DNA from: an uncultured delta proteobacterium
Lineage (GTDB): Bacteria > Desulfobacterota > BSN033 > UBA1163
Direction: 5' to 3'
NCBI GenBank assembly: GCA_963827685.1
Contig: CAWHBU010000002.1
Span: forward strand, 288,001-352,000
Length of the DNA: 64,000 bases
In this document: positions 39,649 through 48,939 of the stretch, one piece after another
Position numbering within the stretch: position 1 is the first letter of the stretch
Layout of the letters: each line of letters starts with the position of its first letter
Translations under genes and position numbers: made by a program
The notes under the pieces: generated by a model
Seen by the model: only the letters and a program-made list of their open reading frames with translations
Database searches by the model: none
Told to the model about the DNA's origin: nothing

Positions 39649-40248
39649 ATGTCGTTGAGAATACTCAAGAAGGGATTGAAGGATCCTATTACGGCTTCGA
39701 AGTATTTGATGACAATTTTAAATGGATTCTACTACAAAATGAAATATAAAATTACGAACAAGAGAGTTACAATCGGAAAAAACTTTAGAGTTAGACATAG
39801 ATTGTCAATTAGAGGGACTGGAAGAGTTGTGATAGGAGATAATGTTTTTATAGATGGAACTTCCCATGCAGTTACTCCTTGGACGTATAGTAAGTATGCA
39901 ATTATAATAATAGGGAACAGAGTTTTTTTGAACGGAACTCGTTTTGGTTGTAGGACAAAAATAGAGATTGGCGACGACTGTATTATCGCTGATTGTAGAA
40001 TTCTGGACACCGATTTTCATAGCGTTTTACCAAACAAGAGAAACGATCCCGATTTCGTCAAATCAGAGCCTATCCGAGTCGGGAAAAATGTATGGATTGC
40101 CTTGGATTGTGTTGTATTACGCGGTGTAACCATTGGAAGTAATTCGACTATTACCGCCAAATCCGTTGTGACAAAAAATGTCCCGGAGTATTGTGTTTTT
40201 GGTGGGAATCCGGCAGTTTTGATAACCGAACTTAAACATGATGATTGA
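39649..40248 (+). CDS. LbH (hexapeptide) O-acyltransferase
   Basis: IGDNVFI, ILDTDFH, VGKNVWI, GGNPA. Confidence 0.88.
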   Translation: MSLRILKKGLKDPITASKYLMTILNGFYYKMKYKITNKRVTIGKNFRVRHRLSIRGTGRVVIGDNVFIDGTSHAVTPWTYSKYAIIIIGNRVFLNGTRFGCRTKIEIGDDCIIADCRILDTDFHSVLPNKRNDPDFVKSEPIRVGKNVWIALDCVVLRGVTIGSNSTITAKSVVTKNVPEYCVFGGNPAVLITELKHDD

Positions 40249-40315
40249 TATGATTATTCCCCGAGTTGATTTCGGTTATCAGAGTTCCAATTAGGGGATA
40301 AGGCAAACAGGTAAA

Positions 40316-40979
40316 GAGACCTTTGCACAACCGTGCCAAAGTTTGGGGGAAAGAAGATTGATAAGCCAGAGAAAGTTTACTGGGAAGTAGGAAAAAAAGT
40401 CAAAAGATAAATAACTAACTGAAATTACTTAACAAACACAAGATAAAAGGATAAAGTTTCTCCACCGAAACTATTACAAGGGGGAGAAATGGGATATAAA
40501 AGGTGGAATCAGAATATCAGCTTTGTAGATATAGCGTTGAGTAGTCCCCAATGGAAAATACTCCATATTCCACGGGGCAAGTCTATGGGAAAAGAGGAGG
40601 GATACTGAAACCATGTGTCCCGTTAAATGGAAAGCATATTTAACTGGGATGGAACAAATCAACCGGGTGATTGACTGGACGAAAGTAGCCGCCGGCCGGG
40701 AGGGCCTTTGGTCCGGAGGGGGGAACGGCTGAGGGACTATTACCTGGTTGGAAGACAAGAAGAAGGGGTCGATGCTTATCCTCCGGATTGAAGGTTCCAC
40801 CTTCCTGCATATTTGCATTGCTTCGCTTGCCGCTTTATATCGAACCGAACCAAATAAACCAAACAAACAAAGTTGACCCAAAAGACAATCGTATTGTTGA
40901 AATAAAAAATCCCCCCAAAAAATAAAAAAACTTGAGTTTTTAAAAAAGTTGATCTCTAAACCATTAGTTCAAGGCTCTC
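40316..40979 (+). mobile_element. Degenerate IS5-family element, copy 2 (shorter)
   Basis: Same left end gagacctttgcacaaccgtgccaaag and right end gttgatctctaaaccatta.ttcaa.gctctc as copy 1; MGYKRWNQNISFVDIAL and MEQINRVIDWTKV remnants. Confidence 0.75.
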
Positions 40980-41119
40980 AGGTCCTGCCTGCCTGCAGGC
41001 AGATGTGCCTCAGTGGTAAACCTGGTTTTAATAGAGGCCAATGTCAATGAAAACTTCCAATGAATTCAACCCAGCTGCCAAGAACTTCTGCTCATCTTGG
41101 ACAGCAGTTCAAGAACATA

Positions 41120-42565
41120 ATGACATTTAATTCGTCAGCTTTTTTCATCTTTTTCTCCGTAACCTTCTGTCTCTATTATCTGTTGCCCCATCGCTGGCAG
41201 AACAGGATGCTCCTATCTGCGAACTTTCTTTTTTATGGATGGTGGGATTGGCGGTTCTTAGGTCTAATCCTTATCTCCATTTCAACCGATTACTTCTGCT
41301 CGTTGCAGATAAACCACCATCCCGAACAAGTGTCGAAAAAAAAATTCCTTGCATTGAGCATTACCATCAATCTTGGCATCTTGGGGTTTTTCAAGTACTT
41401 TAATTTTTTCATTTCGAGTTTTGCAGATGCTCTGAAATTTGTGGGCCTTCAGCCCCACCTTCCTGTTCTCCAAATCATACTTCCTGTGGGGATCTCTTTT
41501 TACACCTTTAAGACGATAAGCTACTCAGTGGATGTGTACCGAGGTGAAATAGAGCCAACGAAGAATTTCACGGATTATGCCCTGTTCGTATCTTTCTTCC
41601 CGCAGCTCATTGCCGGCCCCATTGAGAGAGCTGGAAACCTTTTACCTCAAATTCAAAACAAGCGACGGTTTGACAAACGGCAACTTAAGGATGGGCTCCA
41701 GCTTTTCTTCTGGGGCTTGTTTAAGAAAGTATTTGTTGCTGATAATCTTGGCCTGATCGTTGACCAGGTTTATGGGAATCCGCAGGCCTCAGGAGCCGAA
41801 TACATCGTTGCAACCTGGGCGTTCGCATTTCAAATATATAGTGATTTTTCAGGATATTCGGATATGGCGCAAGGGCTGGGGAAGTGCCTGGGTTTCGAAA
41901 TGATGCAGAACTTCAAACAGCCCTATTTTGCCATCAGTCCGTCAGACTTCTGGCGCCGATGGCACATAAGCCTTTCAACATGGATGAGAGATTATCTCTA
42001 TATTCCGCTTGGTGGGAACAAGAAAGGGCCGTCAAAAACCTATCGAAACCTCATGCTCACAATGCTCCTCGCTGGACTGTGGCATGGTGCGGCCTGGAAC
42101 TTTGTTATCTGGGGAGGATATCATGGGCTACTCCTGGTCGGCCATAGAATGATGGGAGCCGGGAAAAAACTGAAAAAAGCCGCGACATCGCCGCTTATCA
42201 TTTATTTGCTAAAGGCATTTTTCATGTTTCAATTTGTCTGTATTGGGTGGATCTTTTTTAGGGCGCAAAGTCTTGAGCATATCTTTCAGATAATCAGCAG
42301 GATCTTAAACTATCTCCAGCCCGCACCTGAGGCAGGAATCATACTGGAAAACACATGTTTCTTGATTGCCTTTCCACTTGTGGTCATGGCAGTTAGGACT
42401 CTTCAGGAGATTCGACCTTCGATGTTTGAGGGGGGGGCGGTTCTTAGGTACCTGAAGTTTTCTCAACAGCCGATTTACCTGAAAAGCTTTATTTATGGGG
42501 TAATGGCTTATCTGGTTTGCTTACACGGTGTGGCAGCGAAGAGCTTTATATATATGCAGTTTTAA
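41120..42565 (+). CDS. MBOAT O-acyltransferase (AlgI/DltB-like)
   Basis: LPVGISFYTF, FFPQLIAGPI, DFSGYSD, FWRRWHISLSTW, GLWHGA. Confidence 0.93.
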   Translation: MTFNSSAFFIFFSVTFCLYYLLPHRWQNRMLLSANFLFYGWWDWRFLGLILISISTDYFCSLQINHHPEQVSKKKFLALSITINLGILGFFKYFNFFISSFADALKFVGLQPHLPVLQIILPVGISFYTFKTISYSVDVYRGEIEPTKNFTDYALFVSFFPQLIAGPIERAGNLLPQIQNKRRFDKRQLKDGLQLFFWGLFKKVFVADNLGLIVDQVYGNPQASGAEYIVATWAFAFQIYSDFSGYSDMAQGLGKCLGFEMMQNFKQPYFAISPSDFWRRWHISLSTWMRDYLYIPLGGNKKGPSKTYRNLMLTMLLAGLWHGAAWNFVIWGGYHGLLLVGHRMMGAGKKLKKAATSPLIIYLLKAFFMFQFVCIGWIFFRAQSLEHIFQIISRILNYLQPAPEAGIILENTCFLIAFPLVVMAVRTLQEIRPSMFEGGAVLRYLKFSQQPIYLKSFIYGVMAYLVCLHGVAAKSFIYMQF

Positions 42566-42570
42566 GACCA

Positions 42571-43734
42571 ATGGACCAAAGACGGGGTAATGGGATTGTC
42601 TCTAAGGTAATCATTGTAGTAAGGCTTGGATTCGCCTTCCTGGCGTTTTTCGTCTCGATGGAGCTTTGCGCCCGTATTGACGACAGCTTCAAGTATCAAG
42701 CACCGATATTCGGGGCTTACAGTTCTGATATACTTCGCGCGACCGATAAGGACGGAATCAGGCACAATGTACCCAGCAGCCGATTTGAGAAATGGGAGAT
42801 CAACAATTTTGGATTTAGGGGTAAGCCTTTCGGCACAGAGAAGCCGCGGGGAGTCAAGCGGATTGTCTGTATGGGTACCTCCGAGTCTTTCGGTTTGTAC
42901 GAAGACCCAAACATGGAATGGCCTGCCCAATTAAACGCCATGCTTCAGCATCACAAAAGGTACGAGGTCATCAATGCTTCGGTTGTCGGGTTGGGGATCG
43001 AATACTTTGTTCCGTATTTGAAAAAATATGTTTTTCATTTGCGGCCGGATATAGTAATTTTGTATGTAAATCCATATTTTTATCTTGGCGGTAAAATAAT
43101 GAAAAAAGCCAGGAGGCAAAACAATCCTTCTTCCCAAAACGTTACCGATAAAGTTTCAAAAAAGGTGAAAATTAAAATATCGGACCGCCTGAAACCAAGA
43201 TTGCTTCCAAAAATAAAGCAGGCAGTCAAACAGCGCATGCCGAAGGCCCTACTCAGGACCTATCAGGTTTGGGACATGTCACGCCAGGTCAGAGAGCTTG
43301 AGGAGCGCGATTTAAAAGGAAAAACCCCATTAGATGTTGTACCAAAGGAATATATGGAATCATTTGAATTGGATATGACCAGTCTTGTTGACTTTTTAAA
43401 GCATCATCAAATACAGGTTATTCTAAGTACTTATCCTACCCTTGCCACTGAAGAAAACCTGAAGCATCACCCCGAAATTTTCCTGGATGCCAGAAGGTTC
43501 TCTATTTGGTTATCTTTCAATGGAATGATGGATGCATCCAGGCGGTTCAATGATGTCCTTCGATTGGTTGCTGAGAAAACCGGGGTTGGTCTTGTTGACA
43601 GTTCCCGAATTGTTCCAGGAAATATTCAATATTTCGGTGACAATGTGCATTATACCAATGAAGGCGCGACATTAGTTGCCCAAGGCTTTGCAGATTTTAT
43701 TCTCTCAGACATGTCCATGGCATCGGGTTTTTGA
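42571..43734 (+). CDS. SGNH/GDSL-family protein (partner of the MBOAT acetyltransferase)
   Basis: N-terminal TM, INNFGFR, GTSESFG, DNVHYT. Confidence 0.8.
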   Translation: MDQRRGNGIVSKVIIVVRLGFAFLAFFVSMELCARIDDSFKYQAPIFGAYSSDILRATDKDGIRHNVPSSRFEKWEINNFGFRGKPFGTEKPRGVKRIVCMGTSESFGLYEDPNMEWPAQLNAMLQHHKRYEVINASVVGLGIEYFVPYLKKYVFHLRPDIVILYVNPYFYLGGKIMKKARRQNNPSSQNVTDKVSKKVKIKISDRLKPRLLPKIKQAVKQRMPKALLRTYQVWDMSRQVRELEERDLKGKTPLDVVPKEYMESFELDMTSLVDFLKHHQIQVILSTYPTLATEENLKHHPEIFLDARRFSIWLSFNGMMDASRRFNDVLRLVAEKTGVGLVDSSRIVPGNIQYFGDNVHYTNEGATLVAQGFADFILSDMSMASGF

Positions 43735-43823
43735 AGAAATCCTGGTTGAGGTAAATGACGTGTGGCATTTTAGATATAGTTTAGTTATACTGGTCGCTAA
43801 ACATCTAAAGAATTTGTCCTAAT

Positions 43824-43839
43824 TGGCATGCGACTTGCA
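43824..43839 (+). promoter_or_regulatory. sigma54 (-24/-12) promoter
   Basis: TGGCAT-gcgac-TTGCA with exact GG-N10-GC spacing, upstream of 44038. Confidence 0.7.
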
Positions 43840-44037
43840 TTATAAAATCATTCACCAACCTTAATCCGCAAAAAAGTAACAGCTTCAGTACCAGCCAGCA
43901 GCACAACCTGCTCTGGAGCTGCGGCGGAAAACAAAAAGTTGGCAGTTTCATTGTTCTAAATAATCAAGTCCTCGTACGTTAGGGACCAAGTTTGGCAGGA
44001 GAACCTTTATCTGCGTTATTCCAATGGAGGTGCGGAC

Positions 44038-45225
44038 ATGTATTTAAAGCATTATTTCATTGTACGGAGAAAGATTCAATATCTCGGCAGAGAAAAACTG
44101 CCGCAAAAGGGCTTCATAACGATTTACGGTCTACATTTCTTTTTATTCAGTATGTTTTTCTTGATACTTTTGCAAGGCGTTCCTACCCAGCTTTTGGCTG
44201 CCCCAAATATCACAGGCGTCGCTGGCACCATTGCCAATGGTCAACAAATAACCATCAGCGGTTCCTCTTTCGGAACAAACGGCCCTACTGTTCTTCTATT
44301 CGATGACTTCGAGGGCGGGACAAATGGGAATCAGTTATCACTTAACCTGGCTCCTGTGGGAACATGGTCAGGAATCTCAACAGCAGATCATACAAGCTAC
44401 TCCAACGCTAACAAAGTGAGTGGAAGTTTAGCTGCAAGGTTTAACATTTACAACTATCCTGTAAATAATAATCCTGTAATATGGGTTACCGCTCCTTCTG
44501 CATTTGATTCTTTCTATGTCTCATGGTGGGCTATGTTGCCTGCGGGAACTGTATTTCCGGGAACTGGTAATCCTGATGGTACTAACTGGAAAGTGATGTG
44601 GGTCTGTAAAGATGATGCCTGTAATGATGCAGATGTTGATTTAGTCGGCCTTAGCTCGACAGGATGGGCACTTAGTGGAAATGATTATCCTAATGTATAT
44701 TCTATATGGTTCGATTTTAGCCTGTCAACAGGGGTTTGGTATCGGTTTCAGGAATGGATAAAAGGACGAACAGATAGCACCGGACATGAAACGATATGGA
44801 CAACAGATAGTTCAAATAAAACGGTACTCCGTAAAGATAGAGATGTTCAGACATTAAATAGTGGTGATACAAACAAGAGGCGAGTGATTTTCGTTAACGG
44901 TTATGTTAGGGATACAGCAAACTCTTATCCCACATTTGACGATGTTTATATTGCCACAGGTGAGTATGCACAGGCAAGGGTTGAGATAGGAAATGCTTCA
45001 ACTTATGCAAACTGCTCTAATCTCACAATAACCACTCCAACCTCGTGGAGTGACACTCGAATTGTAACGACAGTTAGGCAAGGGAGTTTTTCCTCTGGCC
45101 AAACAGCATATCTTTATGTCTTTGATGCAAATGGGAATGTAAATTCAACAGGTTTTCCGATAACCATTGGCGGCAAATCTGACAATTCGCGACCCATTCC
45201 TCCAGCCGGCGTTAAAATGTATTAA
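44038..45225 (+). CDS. Secreted beta-rich hypothetical protein (lectin/lyase-like fold suspected)
   Basis: GGAGG RBS, hydrophobic signal segment, FDDFE, FDDVYIA, Ser/Thr/Gly/Asn-rich, C-terminal RPIPPAGVKMY. Confidence 0.7.
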   Translation: MYLKHYFIVRRKIQYLGREKLPQKGFITIYGLHFFLFSMFFLILLQGVPTQLLAAPNITGVAGTIANGQQITISGSSFGTNGPTVLLFDDFEGGTNGNQLSLNLAPVGTWSGISTADHTSYSNANKVSGSLAARFNIYNYPVNNNPVIWVTAPSAFDSFYVSWWAMLPAGTVFPGTGNPDGTNWKVMWVCKDDACNDADVDLVGLSSTGWALSGNDYPNVYSIWFDFSLSTGVWYRFQEWIKGRTDSTGHETIWTTDSSNKTVLRKDRDVQTLNSGDTNKRRVIFVNGYVRDTANSYPTFDDVYIATGEYAQARVEIGNASTYANCSNLTITTPTSWSDTRIVTTVRQGSFSSGQTAYLYVFDANGNVNSTGFPITIGGKSDNSRPIPPAGVKMY

Positions 45226-45226
45226 T

Positions 45227-45391
45227 TAGGGTCTGTCCATAAATGCCGTAATCGTCCTTTTTGTCATTCCCGTGACCCGCTGGGGCTCGCGCGTTAGCGC
45301 GGCGAGAAACGGGAATCCAGTATTTCCAATACGTTCTGGATACCCGCCTTCGCGGGTATGACGAACAAACTGAATTTATAGACAGACTCTA
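45227..45391. mobile_element. Nested MITE-like element containing a GTCATTCCCG-type palindromic repeat
   Basis: TIRs tagggtctgtccataaat / atttatagacagactcta (16/18 match); inner gtcattcccg...gggaatccag...ctggatacccgccttcgcgggtatgac. Confidence 0.7.
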
Positions 45392-45553
45392 ATTAGGGTG
45401 TGAGGCAACGATTTGCTATGAAATATTTTAAATTTACGACTTAATGTCAGATGTTATCTGAATCGAATAAAGTATAGTAAAATCATTAAGTTGCCTATAA
45501 AACAATAGATTTCCCCTACCAATTCTTACATTTTTTCTCCATTTTATGCGAAA

Positions 45554-46717
45554 ATGAGAATTCTTCATATTATTGATAGCGGAGGCCTATATGGTGCTGA
45601 GGCAATCGTTTTAAACTTGATGGAAGTCCATAAAAGGATGGGGCATCATCCAATGCTTTTGAGCCTGGGCGACCTTCGAGTGGGTCCCAAGGGTATTGAA
45701 GTTGAGGCGGAAAATCGCGGATTTGAAACTTATTCTTTGCGGTTTCGGAACGGTCTCAATCTGAACGGTTCAATGAAAATATTGCATTATGCATGGGATT
45801 TGGGGGCACAAATCATCCATAGCCATGGCTACAAAGGCGACATCCTCCTTGGAATAATTCCCCAAAGATGCCGTAAAATTCCTGTTGTCACAACTCTTCA
45901 TGGGTGGACTTCTACCCGGCTGTTTTCAAAAATTAGGATTTATGAATGGATGGATGCTTTGTTCATCACGAGACTGGATAAGATCGCGGTAGTTTCTTCA
46001 GCCATGCGGGACCATCGCCGCTTAAGGATGCTTGGTATCCGGCCAGCTGTCATTCATAACGGAATACCTTTATTAGATTTTGAACCCGGTATTTTTCGGA
46101 GACAATGTCTTGAAGTAGCAAAGTCTTGCGAGAATAAATTCAAAATTATTTTCGTGGGAAGATTGTCTCCTGAGAAGGGAGTCAATGACCTTATCCGGGC
46201 CATTGCCAAGATCGTGTCCCGGGGTATCAATGCCTGTCTCGTTTTAGTCGGTGAGGGAAGTGAAAAGTCTTCTCTTCGTCGGTTAGCGGTGGAGAACGGT
46301 TTATCGGACAGAGTGCATTTTGTTGGGTATCGGGAGAAGGCCTACCAACTTTTTCCCTATTTTGATCTCTTTGTTCTTCCATCGTATGCCGAGGGCTTGC
46401 CTATAACCCTTCTTGAAGCTATGCAATCAGGAGTCCCTGTTGTTGCGACAAATGTAGGGGAGATACCAAGGGTTTTAGATTTTGGGGAATATGGAGAAAT
46501 AGTTGAGCCAGGGAATCCAGAACGGTTAGCAAACGCTATCGAAAAAGTATGTCGAAATAGGGAAGAGGCAATGGCTAAAGCTTCCGCTGCTAAGGTAAGG
46601 GTTTTGGAGGAATATAGTGTTGAAAAAATGGCAAATCAGTACCTTGAGATATATAAAGACCTCATATCTAAAAGAGGAAAAATAACTGAGCCTCGAGGAG
46701 TACGGAGGATAGAATGA
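45554..46717 (+). CDS. Glycosyltransferase family 4
   Basis: GLYGAE, HSHGYK, VGRLSPEKG, EGLPITLLEAM. Confidence 0.92.
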   Translation: MRILHIIDSGGLYGAEAIVLNLMEVHKRMGHHPMLLSLGDLRVGPKGIEVEAENRGFETYSLRFRNGLNLNGSMKILHYAWDLGAQIIHSHGYKGDILLGIIPQRCRKIPVVTTLHGWTSTRLFSKIRIYEWMDALFITRLDKIAVVSSAMRDHRRLRMLGIRPAVIHNGIPLLDFEPGIFRRQCLEVAKSCENKFKIIFVGRLSPEKGVNDLIRAIAKIVSRGINACLVLVGEGSEKSSLRRLAVENGLSDRVHFVGYREKAYQLFPYFDLFVLPSYAEGLPITLLEAMQSGVPVVATNVGEIPRVLDFGEYGEIVEPGNPERLANAIEKVCRNREEAMAKASAAKVRVLEEYSVEKMANQYLEIYKDLISKRGKITEPRGVRRIE

Positions 46718-48096
46718 TTTTCAAAAAGAATATCTTATGCATAGGTGCGGGTTATGTAGGAGGGCCCAGCATGGCGGTAATTGCTTTGAAGTGTCCTGAA
46801 TACAGAATCACGGTGGTGGATATTAATGAAGAAAGAATTAGGGGGTGGAACTCAGATCATTTGCCAATTTTTGAACCCGGATTAGAAGAAATACTGAAGC
46901 AGACTAGGAATAACAATCTCTTTTTTTCAGCGGACATAAAGAAAGGCATCAAGGAGGCAGATATTATTTTTGTTTCTGTAAATACCCCAACTAAAACCTT
47001 CGGCCATGGCGCTGGTATGGCTTCTGATCTCCAATACTGGGAGAAAACAGCTTATCAAGTTATTGAAAATTCAGAGAATCCCAAGATCATTGTTGAAAAG
47101 AGCACACTGCCGGTCAAAACAGCTCAAGCTATGGAAAGAATATTAAAAGAAAATAGGAATCATCTTCATTTTGAAGTGATCTCTAATCCTGAATTCTTAG
47201 CTGAGGGTTCTGCCATTAGAGACCTTATGGAACCGGATCGAGTGTTAATTGGTTCTCACCAGACCGAATCTGGGTTGAAAGCAGCCCGAGAGATCATTGA
47301 TATTTATGCCCACTGGGTTCCTAAAGAAAAAATCATTACTACGAATTTGTGGTCTTCAGAGCTTTCTAAGCTCGTGGCAAATGCTTTTTTAGCACAGAGG
47401 ATTTCTTCCATTAATTCGATTTCGGCGCTTTGTGAAAAAACTGAAGCAGATGTTTCAGAGATTTCTTTTGCTGTGGGTAGCGATGGACGGATCGGGCCAA
47501 GATTTCTCAATGCCAGCATTGGATTCGGAGGTTCGTGCTTCAAGAAAGATATTTTGAACTTAGTTTATATCGCAAGAAATTACGGCTTAGATGAGGTGGC
47601 AGATTACTGGGAAATGGTGGTTAAGATCAATGCATACCAACAAGAGCGATTTGCGACAAACATCCTGAAAGCGATGTTTAATACTGTTGTAGATAAAAAG
47701 ATTGCATTTTTTGGCTTTGCATTTAAGGCAAATACGGGTGATACACGGGAATCGCCAGGTATCTACGCTGCGAAGAAATTATTGGAGGAAAAAGCGATTC
47801 TTTCCATTACCGACCCGAAGGCTCTTGACAATGCCCAGTTAGACCTCGCGGGAGTGGATGGGGAAGTAACTTACGAATTCGATCCTTATCAGGCGGCCAT
47901 GGATGCCTCAGCCATCGTCGTGGTTACAGAATGGGAATTGTTCAAAACCCTTGACTATGAGCGCATTTTTAAAGGGATGAAAAAACCTGCCTTTATTTTC
48001 GATGGGCGAAATATTCTGAACCATCAAGAATTGTATAATATCGGATTCAATGTTTTTCCATTGGGTAAGCCTTATCTCACCCATTTTATGGATTGA
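46714..48096 (+). CDS. ugd: UDP-glucose 6-dehydrogenase
   Basis: GAGYVGG, EKSTLP, SNPEFLAEG, GFGGSCF, DTRES, FDGRN. Confidence 0.95.
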   Translation: MIFKKNILCIGAGYVGGPSMAVIALKCPEYRITVVDINEERIRGWNSDHLPIFEPGLEEILKQTRNNNLFFSADIKKGIKEADIIFVSVNTPTKTFGHGAGMASDLQYWEKTAYQVIENSENPKIIVEKSTLPVKTAQAMERILKENRNHLHFEVISNPEFLAEGSAIRDLMEPDRVLIGSHQTESGLKAAREIIDIYAHWVPKEKIITTNLWSSELSKLVANAFLAQRISSINSISALCEKTEADVSEISFAVGSDGRIGPRFLNASIGFGGSCFKKDILNLVYIARNYGLDEVADYWEMVVKINAYQQERFATNILKAMFNTVVDKKIAFFGFAFKANTGDTRESPGIYAAKKLLEEKAILSITDPKALDNAQLDLAGVDGEVTYEFDPYQAAMDASAIVVVTEWELFKTLDYERIFKGMKKPAFIFDGRNILNHQELYNIGFNVFPLGKPYLTHFMD

Positions 48097-48701
48097 GTAA
48101 GTTTCAGACCTATCTTTTTAAGGGGTCACACGTGGGACACGTGTTGACTAGGTTGAATAACTTTTCAGGATAATAGTTAAGTTAATAAGTTTATTGGGGA
48201 AATCTTTCGCAGAAAAGGCATTAGATTTGATTCCCCACTATTGGCCAGTTGAGCAGCGTATAATACTGAATTTTCAAATACATTGTCTGCCCAGGAATTT
48301 AAGGATTGAATGAAGAGTTGGAAAGCTGCTCATTGAGCAATCTTCTTAAACTATCCTCACACCTCAACAATTAGGTAAACATTTCTTCCACTGGAACAAA
48401 TTCTCCTAAATCGTAAACAGTGATGGCTATAAAAATGTAAGGCTTCGCTGCGTTGTCGGATGTTGCATATTGAATTTAGAAGACAGGGGGTCGATGGAAA
48501 TTGGAAATCTACGGACTGCGTTCTATTGGCGGAGGTTAAACAGTTCATCAAACGTCCTCAAAGTGTGGGAAGGGGCTTGAAGAATTTTAGGAAAAAGTTC
48601 GGGACTTTTGTGAAAATTACTTCCACTTCCAATTTCCGTTAAAATCGTATATTTTTTATTAAGTTTAATAATTACAATATGTTACGATGATTTCGAATGA
48701 C

Positions 48702-48717
48702 TGGTATTTAAATTGCT
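48702..48717 (+). promoter_or_regulatory. sigma54 promoter of the large repeat protein gene
   Basis: TGGTAT-ttaaa-TTGCT, with an AT-rich IHF-like tract and a candidate activator region upstream. Confidence 0.65.
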
Positions 48718-48939
48718 TATACAGGAAGAATGGCTGCCACTGAAAGCCTTTGTCGTCAAGAAATTGTTAGTCTTTTGTAAAAATCATGGAATTAAAAATC
48801 TAAGCTCTAAACTCTTTTTTTTGAAAATGATATGCGTTTCCTACCAGGAGCGAGGATCGTGTCGTATTGGTCAACACCAGAGGAAGACTCTTAAGTGTTT
48901 GGTTATCACGAACTAAAAGGGGGAAGAAGGAGAACAGCA

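Noticed and set aside
40474-40881. Minus-strand 135-aa ORF and other short antisense ORFs in the track
   Set aside because: They lie antisense to IS remnants or well-supported genes and show no motifs or RBS.
48124-48149. Hairpin after ugd as an intrinsic terminator
   Set aside because: A stem is present (gtcacacgtg/cacgtgttgac) but there is no U-tract, so support is insufficient.
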